Shown piece by piece: positions 1-11,101 of a DNA stretch of 64,000 bases. The notes beneath the pieces are model-generated. The model searched no databases, had not been told where the DNA came from, and saw only the letters and a program-made list of their open reading frames with translations. Each line of letters begins with the position of its first letter. Within the stretch, counting starts at the first letter, position 1. Source of the DNA: Polyangiales bacterium (GTDB taxonomy: Bacteria > Myxococcota_A > Polyangia > Polyangiales > Ga0077539); assembly GCA_041389885.1 (NCBI GenBank), contig JAWKRB010000006.1, positions 259,101 through 323,100 on the forward strand. The letters run 5' to 3'. Made by a program: the position numbers and the translations under genes.

Positions 1-304
1 GATCGACCTCGCGAACCCCAAGAGCAACCGCGGCTCCCCGGGCTTCACCGACGAGGAGCGCGAGGACTTTCGCGGGTACCTCAAGGCCGGCCTGCGCGAC
101 GTGCTGCGCGACCGCCACCCCAACGAGAAGGGGCTGTACTCGTGGTGGTCGCAGCGCGGCGGCGCGAGGGCCAAGAACGTGGGCTGGCGCATCGACATGT
201 TCCTGGTCTCCGAGGCGCTGGCGGCGAAGGTGACCGACGCGAAGATCCACCCCGACGTCAAGGGCTCGGACCACTGCCCGATCTCCCTGGTGCTCGACCT
301 CTGA
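1..304 (+). CDS. xthA: Exodeoxyribonuclease III / AP endonuclease, C-terminal fragment; the 5' end lies outside the window
   Basis: Frame 2 is open from position 2 and stops at 302-304. The C-terminal motif ...WSQRGGARAKNVGWRIDMFLVS...GSDHCPISL matches the ExoIII/EEP family catalytic His region. Confidence 0.7.
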   Translation, partial: IDLANPKSNRGSPGFTDEEREDFRGYLKAGLRDVLRDRHPNEKGLYSWWSQRGGARAKNVGWRIDMFLVSEALAAKVTDAKIHPDVKGSDHCPISLVLDL

Positions 305-359
305 GTTCCGCGCCTTGTTGGCGGCGCGCCGCGCCGGGGTGCTACGACCGCCGGCGGCA

Positions 360-1013
360 ATGCTTCGGCGTGGAACCTGGATCGCGTGCGTCGGCCCCAT
401 CGGCGTCGGCAAGAGCACCCTCGCGGCGGTGGTGGCGCGGCGCACGAACGCGCGCTTCGTGCCCGAGCGCTTCGGCGACAACCCCTTTCTGCAGCGCTTC
501 TACGAGCCTGGCGGCATTCGCCGATGGGGCTTTCAGACCGAGGTGTCGTTCCTGACGCAGCGGGTGGAGCAGGTGCGGGAGATCTCCGCGATGCTCGCCC
601 GCGGCGAGTCGGTGGTCACCGACTTCGCGCCGCAGCAGAACCTGATCTTCGCGAAGATCACCGTCGACGCGCTGGAGTTCGACCTCTACGAGCGGCTCTT
701 TCACCAGCTCTTCGACGCCCTCCCGAGGCCGCAGCGGCTGATCTGCCTCGACGCCGACATGCGCAAGATCCGTCAGCGCATCCGCGCGCGCGGTCGGTCG
801 ATGGAGGACGGCATCTCGGTCACCTACCTCCGGCAGCTCCGCGAGGGCTACGCGGCCTGGCGCGAGCACCCGCCCGCGCCTGCGCTCTGGATCGACACGA
901 CCCGCATGCCCATCCCCAACGACCTCGTCGCGCGCGCGGCGGCCCTCGACGCCGTGATGCACTCGCTCGAGCCCGAGGTGCGCGACGCGCTCTTCGGCCG
1001 CACGGGCAGCTGA
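360..1013 (+). CDS. Deoxynucleoside kinase (dNK/dGK-dAK family)
   Basis: ATG at 360. P-loop GPIGVGKST, NPFLQRFYE motif and lid region are typical of deoxynucleoside kinases. Third codon positions are G/C-rich. Confidence 0.7.
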   Translation: MLRRGTWIACVGPIGVGKSTLAAVVARRTNARFVPERFGDNPFLQRFYEPGGIRRWGFQTEVSFLTQRVEQVREISAMLARGESVVTDFAPQQNLIFAKITVDALEFDLYERLFHQLFDALPRPQRLICLDADMRKIRQRIRARGRSMEDGISVTYLRQLREGYAAWREHPPAPALWIDTTRMPIPNDLVARAAALDAVMHSLEPEVRDALFGRTGS

Positions 1014-2150
1014 CTACAGGTCCTTCGTGTAGATCCGGTACTTCTTGTAGATCTTCGCGCCCATGTTCGCGATGCCGGCGTTGATGGGCGAGTCGTCCTC
1101 GCGGGTCCATGACAGCTCGCCCCAGGTGTAGCCCTTGGCCTTGCCGCGGGTGGCGACCTCGGCGTACATCGCCGCGCTCAGGCCCATGTACTGCCGCACG
1201 TTGCGCAGCTCGCTGCGAATGCCCAGGAGCATGAGCCGGGCGCTGCGCGGCGGGCGCTTCTGCACCTTGAGCCGCCAGCCCAGCTTCACCAGCGTGGTGA
1301 TCCAGTGGCTCCCCCGGAGCTCGTGGAGGATCTCGTTCACGTTCGGAAGCAGGATGCACATCCCCTGCGCCTTGCCGTCGACCTCGGCGATGAACGCCAG
1401 GTCGGGGTCGATGATCATCTCGAGGTCCTCGGCGATGGCCGTGATCTCGCTCGGCATCGTCGGCACGAAGATCCACTTGCCCTGCCAGGCGTCGTTGTAG
1501 ATGTCCATGACGAGCTTGAGCTCCTCGCGCATGCGCGAGGTGTCGATGGAGCGGAGCTTGACCTCGGGCATCTCCTTCACGTTGTTCCACGCGCGCTGCA
1601 CGCGGGCGGGGAGCTCGGTGACGTCGTAGCGCCAGGCCCAGAGGTCCTTCTCCTTCTCGAAACCCCAGGCCTCGGCGACGCGCGGCTGCCAGGTGCGCGA
1701 GTGCGCCATCATCAGCGCGGGGGGCGAGTCGAAGCCCTCGATGAGCATCCCGATCTCCTCGTTCGCGTAGAGCGAGAAGGGGCCGCTGATGGTCTTCACC
1801 CCTTTGCCCTTGAGCCAGGCCGCCGCGCGGTCGAGGAGCGCGGCGCCCACGGCGTCGTCGTCGATGGTGTCGAAGAAGCCGAAGAAGCCCCGGTCGTCCT
1901 TCCAGAGCTTGAGGTGCTCGGTGTCGATCGAGGCCGACACGCGGCCCACGAGCTCGCCGCCGCGCCAGGCCGTGAACAGCATCGCCTCGCCGCGCTCGAA
2001 GAACGGGTTCTTCTTCGGGTTGAGGCGCTTCTCGATGTCGATCTTCAGCGGCGGGACCCATTGCGGATCGTCGCGAAACACGACCTCGCCCGCGCGAAGA
2101 AAATCGCTGACGTCCCCACCCGGCGCGTGCTCGCGGATCTCGATATTCAT
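1014..2150 (-). CDS. Hypothetical GNAT/FemAB-like acyltransferase-domain protein
   Basis: 378-aa ORF with strong codon bias. No diagnostic motif could be confirmed by eye. Convergent with the deoxynucleoside kinase gene with zero gap. Confidence 0.45.
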   Translation of the reverse strand: MNIEIREHAPGGDVSDFLRAGEVVFRDDPQWVPPLKIDIEKRLNPKKNPFFERGEAMLFTAWRGGELVGRVSASIDTEHLKLWKDDRGFFGFFDTIDDDAVGAALLDRAAAWLKGKGVKTISGPFSLYANEEIGMLIEGFDSPPALMMAHSRTWQPRVAEAWGFEKEKDLWAWRYDVTELPARVQRAWNNVKEMPEVKLRSIDTSRMREELKLVMDIYNDAWQGKWIFVPTMPSEITAIAEDLEMIIDPDLAFIAEVDGKAQGMCILLPNVNEILHELRGSHWITTLVKLGWRLKVQKRPPRSARLMLLGIRSELRNVRQYMGLSAAMYAEVATRGKAKGYTWGELSWTREDDSPINAGIANMGAKIYKKYRIYTKDL

Positions 2151-2165
2151 GGTGTGCGGCGGATA

Positions 2166-3824
<1,659 letters not shown>

Positions 3825-3854
3825 GAGCCGGGCGGGATCGTATCATCGAAGGTC

Positions 3855-4859
3855 ATGCGCGCCGCACGTGCCTTCGTGATCGCGTCGTGCCTCGCCACGA
3901 CGGCCTGGGCGCAGCGCCCGCGGCTCCCCATCCCGATCCGCGGCGTCGCGTCCGAGCCCACCCCGGCGGAGCGCGAGTTCTCCGCGGGCGACGCGCTGCT
4001 GCGCCGCGGCGATTTCTCCGCCGCGCGGGCGCGCTTCGAGGCCGCGCGGCGGCTCGACGCCGCCGACCCGAGGCCGGTGTTCTACCTCGGCGAGGTCGCC
4101 TACCGCGAGGGTCGCTTCGCCGACGCCGAGCCGCTCTTTCGCGAGGCGATTCGCCTCCGCCCGACCATGGCCGAGGCCCACGCCGAGTTGGGCTCGACGC
4201 TGCGCGAGCTGGGCCGCCGCGACGACGCGGTGCGCGCGCTGCGTCAGGCCACCCGCTTGAGCCCCGGCCTCGGCGAGGCGCAGCTCAACCTCGGCATGTG
4301 CCTCGAAGACCAGGGCGACGCCGACGGGGCCCTCGCGGCCTACCGCGCCGCCGGGCGCAGCCTGCGCGACGACGCGGCGCCGATGGTGAACCTCGGGGTG
4401 CTCCTGGCCTCTCGCGGGCCCGCCGCGGGCTCTCCGGAGCACGTCGAGGCCCTTCGCGCCCTGAGGGAGGGAGCCCGCCGCGCCGACCGCGACGCCGCGA
4501 CCCTGGCGGCGGTGGGGCCGGCGCTTCGCAGGCTCGGTGACCCTCAAGGCGCGGTGCGGGCGCTGATTCGCGCGCGGGGGCTCACCGAGGCTCCCTCGGC
4601 GGCGCTCCTCACCGAGCTCGCGCAGGCGCACTACGCCGCGGGGCAGGCGCCCCTCGCGAGGGCTCGCATCGACGACGCGGTGCGCGTCGCGCCTCGAGAC
4701 GCTTCGGTGCACTACGTGCGCGCGCTGATTCGGGCCGCGGGGAGCGACCGCTCTGGGGCGGCGGCCTCGCTTCGAGAGGTGCTGCGCCTTTCGCCGACGG
4801 GGGAGCTGGCGACGCGGGCGCGGGCTCGGCTCGCGGCGCTGTCGCGCCCTGGGCCTTGA
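3855..4859 (+). CDS. Secreted TPR-repeat protein
   Basis: ATG at 3855 lies in frame within a long artefactual ORF. Signal peptide MRAARAFVIASCLATTAWAQ. Repeated A/L/R-rich 34-residue TPR-like units (AEAHAELGSTLRELGRRDDAVRALRQATRLSP...). Confidence 0.65.
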   Translation: MRAARAFVIASCLATTAWAQRPRLPIPIRGVASEPTPAEREFSAGDALLRRGDFSAARARFEAARRLDAADPRPVFYLGEVAYREGRFADAEPLFREAIRLRPTMAEAHAELGSTLRELGRRDDAVRALRQATRLSPGLGEAQLNLGMCLEDQGDADGALAAYRAAGRSLRDDAAPMVNLGVLLASRGPAAGSPEHVEALRALREGARRADRDAATLAAVGPALRRLGDPQGAVRALIRARGLTEAPSAALLTELAQAHYAAGQAPLARARIDDAVRVAPRDASVHYVRALIRAAGSDRSGAAASLREVLRLSPTGELATRARARLAALSRPGP

Positions 4860-4893
4860 GATCCTCGCGAAGGGGGACGATGTTTCGCGGGCG

Positions 4894-5817
4894 ATGAAGA
4901 CAGACCGCAGCTTCGCGAGGCTCGCGTCGGTGACCCTGGTGTTCAACCTCGGGGTGATCCTCTGGGGCGCCTTCGTGCGCGCGACGGGTTCGGGCGCGGG
5001 CTGTGGGGACCACTGGCCCACGTGCAACGGCCAGATCATCCCGCGCGCGCCGACGATTCAGACCGCCATCGAGCTGACGCACCGGGCGACCTCGGGTCTC
5101 GCGCTGATCCTCGTGGTCGCGATGGTGGTGCTCTCGCGCCGGCGCTTCGAGCGGGGCCACGCCGCGCGCACGGGCGCGCACTTCACGGGCGCGCTCATCG
5201 TGGTCGAGTCGCTCCTGGGCGCGGGCATCGTGCTGCTGCGCCTCGTCGCGGGGAACACCAGCACCACCCGCGGGTGGTACCTCGCCGCGCACCTCACCAA
5301 CACCTTTCTCCTGGTGGCGGCGCTGTCGCTCACGGTGTGGTGGGCCTGGGGCGGCGCGCGAATCCGCCGACCCCGCGGCGGCGTCGGCGCCGCGCTGGTC
5401 GTCGGGCTGGTCTCGACGGTGCTGCTCGCGGTGAGCGGCGGCATCGCCGCGCTGGGAGACACGCTCTTTCGCGCGAACTCCGTCGCCGAGGGCATCGCGA
5501 TGGACTTCTCGCCCTCGTCGCATGTCTTTCTTCGGCTGCGGCTCTGGCACCCCGTGCTCGCGGTGGGCGTCGGGATCTACCTCACCGTCATGGCCTGGAC
5601 GGTGCGGCACCTCCGTCCGACGCGGAGCAACGGGCACCTCGCGAGCGCGCTCACGGCGCTCTTCGTGACGCAGCTCGGCCTGGGCGTGGCGAACGTCTTC
5701 TTGCTCGCGCCGACCTGGCTGCAGCTGGTGCACCTGCTCGTGGCCGACCTCGTCTGGATCGCGCTCGTGCTCTTCGTCGCGTCGAGCCTGGGCGAGGACC
5801 CGTCCCCGGCGCGCTGA
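4894..5817 (+). CDS. ctaA: Heme A synthase (COX15/CtaA, type 2)
   Basis: Seven or eight TM helices. GCGDHWPTCNG Cys pair in the first loop. Conserved His residues in TM helices (ELTHRAT, AAHLTN, LWHPV, LVHLL). Confidence 0.75.
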   Translation: MKTDRSFARLASVTLVFNLGVILWGAFVRATGSGAGCGDHWPTCNGQIIPRAPTIQTAIELTHRATSGLALILVVAMVVLSRRRFERGHAARTGAHFTGALIVVESLLGAGIVLLRLVAGNTSTTRGWYLAAHLTNTFLLVAALSLTVWWAWGGARIRRPRGGVGAALVVGLVSTVLLAVSGGIAALGDTLFRANSVAEGIAMDFSPSSHVFLRLRLWHPVLAVGVGIYLTVMAWTVRHLRPTRSNGHLASALTALFVTQLGLGVANVFLLAPTWLQLVHLLVADLVWIALVLFVASSLGEDPSPAR

Positions 5818-5950
5818 CCCGCCGCGGGGACTCCAGGGCTCCCCTGCAACCAGGGGCCAGAACTTGTCGCCTTTCCATTCCGCCTGGGGTGACTATGCTT
5901 TCGCGACCGCGACCTCGGAGTCGTCGTCGCGAGGATACGGAGGTTGATCG

Positions 5951-6652
5951 ATGTACCAACAGCAGATCGCGAACGCTTACCGCACCCCCGCGCGCACGGG
6001 CCTGACCGCCGACGAGACCGAGACCTTTCTCGGGCAGGTCTACCGCTGGATGGCCGTGGGTCTCGGCATCACCGGCGCCACCGCGATGGGGGTGGCGTCG
6101 TCGCCCGAGGCCCTGGCGCTGATCTTCGGCACGCCGCTCTACCTCGGACTGATCATCGCCCAGTTCGTCCTGGTGATGGCGATCTCGCCCCTGGTCGGAA
6201 AGCTCAGCAAGCCGGTGGCCGGCGGTCTCTTCATGCTCTACTCGGCGCTCACCGGGGCGACGCTGTCGGTGATCTTCTTGCGCTACGAGATCGGCTCCAT
6301 CGCGACGACGTTCTTCGTCACCGCCGGGAGCTTCGCGGGGCTCAGCGCCTTCGGGCTGCTCACCCGCAAGAGCCTCACGAGCTGGGGTTCGTTCTTGTTC
6401 ATGGGGCTCTTCGGCATCGTGCTCGCGAGCGTGGTGAACCTGTTCATCGGCTCGGCGGCGATCCAGTGGGTCATGAGCGTCGCGAGCGTGGTGGTGTTCA
6501 CCGGGCTCATCGCCTACGACACCCAGCGCCTCAAGGACCTCGCGCCCGTCGCCGGTCGCAACGGCGCGATCCACGGCGCGCTGATGCTGTACCTCGACTT
6601 CATCAACCTCTTCCTCGCGCTGCTGCGCCTCTTCGGCTCGCGCCGCGACTGA
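5951..6652 (+). CDS. Bax inhibitor-1 / YccA family membrane protein
   Basis: Seven-TM topology. Conserved BI-1 family C-terminal region (YDTQRL...LYLDFINLF). GGAGG RBS upstream of ATG 5951. Confidence 0.75.
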   Translation: MYQQQIANAYRTPARTGLTADETETFLGQVYRWMAVGLGITGATAMGVASSPEALALIFGTPLYLGLIIAQFVLVMAISPLVGKLSKPVAGGLFMLYSALTGATLSVIFLRYEIGSIATTFFVTAGSFAGLSAFGLLTRKSLTSWGSFLFMGLFGIVLASVVNLFIGSAAIQWVMSVASVVVFTGLIAYDTQRLKDLAPVAGRNGAIHGALMLYLDFINLFLALLRLFGSRRD

Positions 6653-6661
6653 TCGCCTCGC

Positions 6662-7609
6662 TCACCCGCGCCGCCGCGCCCCGATCCTTCCCGTCATCGA
6701 CGCCGCCGCCAGCAGGGCCCTCACGCGCCTCGACGCGAGGGGGACCCTCGCGGGCCTCGGCGAGCCCGTGAGGGCGTCGAGCCAGGCCTCCGCGGAACCC
6801 CGACGCAGGACCCCCGCGTAGTCGAAGAGCGTGATGTCGTCGATGCCCTCGGCGGCGCAGAGCGCGACGTCGTCCGCGAGCTCGTCGGGCCCGCGGTAGG
6901 TGGGCTCGTCGCCAAGCGCTCCGGTGCCTACGGCGCCGAGCGAGACGCCTCCGCGGGGGCCGAAGCGGGCGCGGGCGCGACGGCAACCATCGACCAGGAG
7001 GTAGCGGGCGTCGTCGCGGGAGAGCGCGCCGCGCGACCACCCCTCGAAGATCGAGGTGTAGAGCATGACCGTGGCGCGGTCCCAGCCGACGTCGTCGACG
7101 GGGGTGCCCATGGCGCGCTGCCAGCCGCCGGTCTCGCGCTCGGGGTCGTAGAGGCACATCGGGACCACCGCCGCGAAGGCCTCCGCCCCCGCCGCGCGCA
7201 CCCGCCCCGCGAGGGCCTCGAAGCGCGAGACCGCGTCGCCCCACGCGACCGGTCCCCAGGCGTCTCCGAGGGGCCCCGAGCCCGCGCGGCGCGCGGAGAA
7301 CACCCGCGAGACCAGCCCGATCGGGGGCTCGAGGTCGAACGCGAGGTCGGGCGGCGCCACAGACGACGGAACCCGATCCAGGAGCCGCGACGCGTACTCC
7401 GAGAAGCGCGCGACGTTGGCGCGGCTCGGCCACCGCCCCTCGGCGTCGTCGAGCATGGGCCAGAGCCCGCACCGCACGCCCTCGCCGTCGCACGCGCGCA
7501 GCAGCTCGGGCACGTCGCTCGCCTCGTCGCCGCGCACGGCGGCGATGAGGTCAATTCCTCGGTCTCCGAGGGGCTTGAGCGCGCCCACGAGGGAGCGCGG
7601 CGGGAGCAT
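6662..7609 (-). CDS. Hypothetical protein, no confident domain; possibly carbohydrate-active given the divergent glycosyltransferase neighbour
   Basis: ORF 6662..7840. Start set to the internal ATG at 7609 so as not to overlap the divergent gene starting at 7665. Strong GC3 bias. Confidence 0.4.
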   Translation of the reverse strand: MLPPRSLVGALKPLGDRGIDLIAAVRGDEASDVPELLRACDGEGVRCGLWPMLDDAEGRWPSRANVARFSEYASRLLDRVPSSVAPPDLAFDLEPPIGLVSRVFSARRAGSGPLGDAWGPVAWGDAVSRFEALAGRVRAAGAEAFAAVVPMCLYDPERETGGWQRAMGTPVDDVGWDRATVMLYTSIFEGWSRGALSRDDARYLLVDGCRRARARFGPRGGVSLGAVGTGALGDEPTYRGPDELADDVALCAAEGIDDITLFDYAGVLRRGSAEAWLDALTGSPRPARVPLASRRVRALLAAASMTGRIGARRRG

Positions 7610-7664
7610 CTCGCACCAGATCCTTCGTCGCGTTCGGGGGGGCGTGAGAGGTAGCATCCCGGGC

Positions 7665-8759
7665 ATGAGGATCCTGTACGGCGTGGTGGGCGAGGGCATG
7701 GGGCACGCGATGCGCTCTCGGGTGGTGCTGGAGCACCTGATCGCGCAGGGCCACGAGATCGAGGTGATGGTCTCGGGGCGCGCGGCCGACTTTCTCCGCA
7801 AGCGCTTCGACGGCGTGCGCAAGATCCACGGCCTGCACATGATCTACGAGGAGAACCGCGTTCGAAAGGGGAGAACGCTCTGGTCCAACGTCGTCGCGGG
7901 GCTCACCGGGGTGCCCGAGAACATCGGCGCGTACTTCGACCTGCTCGGAGAGTTTCGGCCCGAGGTGGTGGTCAGCGACTTCGAGTCGTGGACCTGGCTC
8001 TACGCGAAGAACCACCGGCTGCCGGTGATCTCCGTCGACAACATGCAGATCATCAACCGCTGCGCGCACGAGCCCGAGATCATCGAGGGCGACGAGGTCG
8101 ACTTTCAGATCGCCAAGGCCTTCGTGAAGGCCAAGCTCCCGTGGTGCTCCTGGTACCTCGTGACGACCTTCTTTCGCCCGCCGATTCGCAAGTCACGCAC
8201 GAGCCTGCACCCGCCGATTCTTCGCCCGGAGATCCTCGCGGCGACGCCCACCCGCGGGGAGCACCTGCTGGTCTATCAGACCGCCGAGGGCAACGACGGG
8301 CTCCTCGACGCGCTCCGCGCGACGGGGATGCCCTGCAGGGTCTACGGCATGCGCCGCGGGATCACCGAGGACGTCGTCGAGGGCGCGCTGACGCACCGCC
8401 CCTTCAGCGAGGGCGGGTTCATCGACGACCTGAGCAGCTGCCGCGCGGTCGTCGCGGGGGGAGGCTTCACGCTGATGGGTGAGGCGGTGTTCCTCCACAA
8501 GCCGATGCTGGCCGTCCCCCTCGCGGGGCAGTTCGAGCAGATGATCAACGCGCGGTACCTCCAGCGCGAGGGCTACGGCCGCTGGGCGCGAGACCTCTCC
8601 GACCCCGCGACGCTGAGGGGATTCCTCGACGCCGTCCCCGCGTGCGAGGCGCGGCTCGCGGGCTACCGCCAGGACGGCAACCGCGACCTGCTCGGCGCCC
8701 TCGACGGGCTGCTGGCGAAGGCCGAGGCGGGCGACGAGCTCACCCGCGTCGGCGGCTGA
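7665..8759 (+). CDS. Glycosyltransferase, GT1 / UDP-glycosyltransferase (MJ1255-like) family
   Basis: ATG at 7665 in frame. N-terminal MRILYGVVGEGMGHAMRS G-rich nucleotide-sugar loop. Two Rossmann-like halves. C-terminal GGGFTLMGEA...HKPML matches the GT-B C-terminal signature. Confidence 0.65.
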   Translation: MRILYGVVGEGMGHAMRSRVVLEHLIAQGHEIEVMVSGRAADFLRKRFDGVRKIHGLHMIYEENRVRKGRTLWSNVVAGLTGVPENIGAYFDLLGEFRPEVVVSDFESWTWLYAKNHRLPVISVDNMQIINRCAHEPEIIEGDEVDFQIAKAFVKAKLPWCSWYLVTTFFRPPIRKSRTSLHPPILRPEILAATPTRGEHLLVYQTAEGNDGLLDALRATGMPCRVYGMRRGITEDVVEGALTHRPFSEGGFIDDLSSCRAVVAGGGFTLMGEAVFLHKPMLAVPLAGQFEQMINARYLQREGYGRWARDLSDPATLRGFLDAVPACEARLAGYRQDGNRDLLGALDGLLAKAEAGDELTRVGG

Positions 8760-8766
8760 GCGAGCG

Positions 8767-9516
8767 CTACACCTGGAGCATCGCGCGCAGCTTGCGCGAC
8801 GACTGACGCGACACCGCGAGGCGCGCGCCGGCCTGCGTGACCAGCACCGCGCGCCCGCCGGTCATGTCGTCGATGGCGGCGACGTGCTCGAGGTTCACCA
8901 GCAGCGCCCGGTGCGCCCGAAAGAAGCGCGCGGGGTCGAGGCGCGCCTCGAGGGCGGCGAGGGTGTAGTCGGTCGTGTGGCTGCCCCGGCTGGTGTGCAC
9001 CGTGACCAGCTCGTGCTCCACCACGCAGTGCGAGATCTCGCTCACGGGGATCAGCAGCACCCGCCCGCTCACGCCCACGGGGAGCTTGTCGGCGAGGGCG
9101 CGAGGCGTGGCGGAGCGCAGGGGCGCCAAGAGCTCCTCGGCCTGCGCGCGCATGCCCCGAGACTCGGCGCGCTCGACGGCGCGCACGAGGCGGCGCGTGT
9201 CGAAGGGCTTGAGCAGGTAGTCGATGGCGCCCGCGTCGAAGGCGTCGAGGGCGTAGCGGTCGTGCGCCGTGGTGAAGATGACGTAGGGCGCGGGCGAGGG
9301 GATGCGCGCGACGAGCCGGAGCCCGTCGTCGCCCGGCATCTGCACGTCGACGAAGGCCAGGTCGGGCGCGGCGCGCTCGATGAGCGCGAGCCCCGACTCG
9401 GCGTCGTCGGCCTCGCCCACCACCGTCACGCGCCCGGCGAGGGACTCGGCGATCAGCCGATGCAACCTCGCGCGCGCCGGCGCCTCGTCGTCGATGATCA
9501 CCGCCTTCGCGCTCAC
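8767..9516 (-). CDS. LytTR-family response regulator
   Basis: GTG start at 9516 with AGGAG 7 nt upstream. Receiver domain (IIDDE...DLAFVDVQMPGDDG...K) plus C-terminal LytTR DNA-binding domain. GTGA overlap with the upstream kinase. Confidence 0.8.
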   Translation of the reverse strand: MSAKAVIIDDEAPARARLHRLIAESLAGRVTVVGEADDAESGLALIERAAPDLAFVDVQMPGDDGLRLVARIPSPAPYVIFTTAHDRYALDAFDAGAIDYLLKPFDTRRLVRAVERAESRGMRAQAEELLAPLRSATPRALADKLPVGVSGRVLLIPVSEISHCVVEHELVTVHTSRGSHTTDYTLAALEARLDPARFFRAHRALLVNLEHVAAIDDMTGGRAVLVTQAGARLAVSRQSSRKLRAMLQV

Positions 9517-10598
9517 GTCGTGCTCCTGTCTGACCCGCCGAGCGGGCCGTGAATCGTCGCGGCGGTGGCGCCGCGGTCGGTCGCGATCTCGAAGCGCCCG
9601 GCCTCGCCCCAGGCGAGGGCCACGCGGCGCCGCACCAGGTCGACGCCGAGACCGCCCTCGCGGGGGCCGCGGTAGCCGCCGGGCGAGGTCACCGTGAGCA
9701 CGAGCTCGCCGTGCGCGGCCCGCGCCGAGACCCGCACGGGCCCGCGCGCGAGCTCGCCGTGGCGCACGGCGTTCTCGAGCAGCGGCTGCAGCAGCAGCGG
9801 GGGCACGAGCACTCCGCCCAGGGACTCGTCGGCGTCGGTCTCGACGCGCAGCTCGGGGAAGCGCGCCTGCAGCAGCGCGAGGTAGTCGGCGCAGAGGGCG
9901 AGCTCCTCGTCGAGGGGGTGCATCGCGCGGCGGCGCGTGTCGAGCACCGCCCGGAGCAGCGTCGCGAGCCGGCAGATGTTCTCCTCGGCGGCGCGCGCGT
10001 CGGTGGCGCACTGGCTCGCGATGGCGTTGAGCGCGTTGAAGAGAAAGTGGGGGTCGAGGTCGGCGCGGAGCGCGTCGCGCTGCGCCGCGGCGAGGGCGGC
10101 CTCGAGGCGCTCGCGAGACCCCTCGGCGCGGTCGTGCCGCTGCTCGAGCTGGATGTCGCGGGCCAGGCCCCATCCGCCGATGAGAAAGAGCAGCCACGCG
10201 ACGAGGAGCTCGCGGAGGTGCCCGAACACATAGACCCCCGACACCCGCGCCGCGGCCGCCGCGGTGCGGTAGAGCAGCACGAGCACGGCGAATTGCCCGG
10301 TCGCCACCGAGGCCGCGAGGAGCCAGGCGCGGAGCTTGCGCCCGCGGTCGCCGTCGGCCTCCAGGGGCACCAGCGCCCGCCAGGCGAGCGGGCCGATGAG
10401 CAGGGTGTAGAGCGACGAGAACGGGCCGAAGGCCGCGCCCAGCGGGTGCCCGGTGATGCTGTACTCCATCGCGCCGAAGCCCACGCCCAGGAGGAGCGTC
10501 GCGGGCAGGCGCCAGGAGCGCAGCGCCTCGCGCACGGTGTCTTCGACGAGGGGGCCGAGCTCGGAGGAGGCCGCGGGGTCGTCGGGCTCGGTGAGCAC
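9513..10598 (-). CDS. LytS/YehU-type sensor histidine kinase (His_kinase internal region)
   Basis: Five or six TM helices followed by the HFLFNALNAI His box and a HATPase-like C-terminus (LLLQPLLENAVRHG). Translationally coupled to the LytTR gene. Confidence 0.75.
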   Translation of the reverse strand: MLTEPDDPAASSELGPLVEDTVREALRSWRLPATLLLGVGFGAMEYSITGHPLGAAFGPFSSLYTLLIGPLAWRALVPLEADGDRGRKLRAWLLAASVATGQFAVLVLLYRTAAAAARVSGVYVFGHLRELLVAWLLFLIGGWGLARDIQLEQRHDRAEGSRERLEAALAAAQRDALRADLDPHFLFNALNAIASQCATDARAAEENICRLATLLRAVLDTRRRAMHPLDEELALCADYLALLQARFPELRVETDADESLGGVLVPPLLLQPLLENAVRHGELARGPVRVSARAAHGELVLTVTSPGGYRGPREGGLGVDLVRRRVALAWGEAGRFEIATDRGATAATIHGPLGGSDRSTT

Positions 10599-10675
10599 GG
10601 GGAGACTCTAATCCCCGCCGCGGCCGCGCGACGAGCGCCCTCGGGCGTCAGCGGCTCGCGGGGCGGGGCGAGCGG

Positions 10676-11101
10676 TCAATTCAGCTGGCTGGGGCGCGGG
10701 CCCTCGTCGGGGGGGAGCAGCTCGTCGGCCACGGGGGACGACTGGTGCAGCACGAGGCGCCACGCGCCGTCTTCGCGCACGAAGGCGTTGGTCGCGACGA
10801 AGACGCCGCGCTGGTTCTCCGAGGGGAGGGTCACGTGCTCCATGCAGATCACGTAGGCGACGTCGCCCAGGAGCGAGACCCTCGGCGACTCGCAGGAGAC
10901 CTCGGGCGAGCTCGGGTTCGCGAGGATCTCCAGCCACGAGCGCATCACGGCGTCTCGACCGACGATCGGACCCCAGCCCGGATGAATGCACGCCACGGGC
11001 GCGGTGCGGGACCACAGCCCGTCCATCGCGCCAAGGTCGCGTCGCTCGAAGGCGAGGTAGAAGCCCTCGTTGGAGCGCAGCACCTCGCCCTCGTCGAGCA
11101 T
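10676..11101 (-). CDS. SnoaL-like / NTF2-fold (DUF4440-like) protein
   Basis: 141-aa ORF. FYLAFERRDLGAMDGLWS...HPGWGPIVGRDAVMRSW is typical of the NTF2-like superfamily. TGATG overlap with the upstream DctP gene. Confidence 0.55.
   Translation of the reverse strand: MLDEGEVLRSNEGFYLAFERRDLGAMDGLWSRTAPVACIHPGWGPIVGRDAVMRSWLEILANPSSPEVSCESPRVSLLGDVAYVICMEHVTLPSENQRGVFVATNAFVREDGAWRLVLHQSSPVADELLPPDEGPRPSQLN

Noticed and set aside
5864-5899. Possible sigma-70 promoter (TTGTCG ... TATGCT) upstream of the BI-1 gene
   Set aside because: The spacing between the candidate -35 and -10 elements is 21-24 bp, which is too long. Only the GGAGG RBS is convincing.
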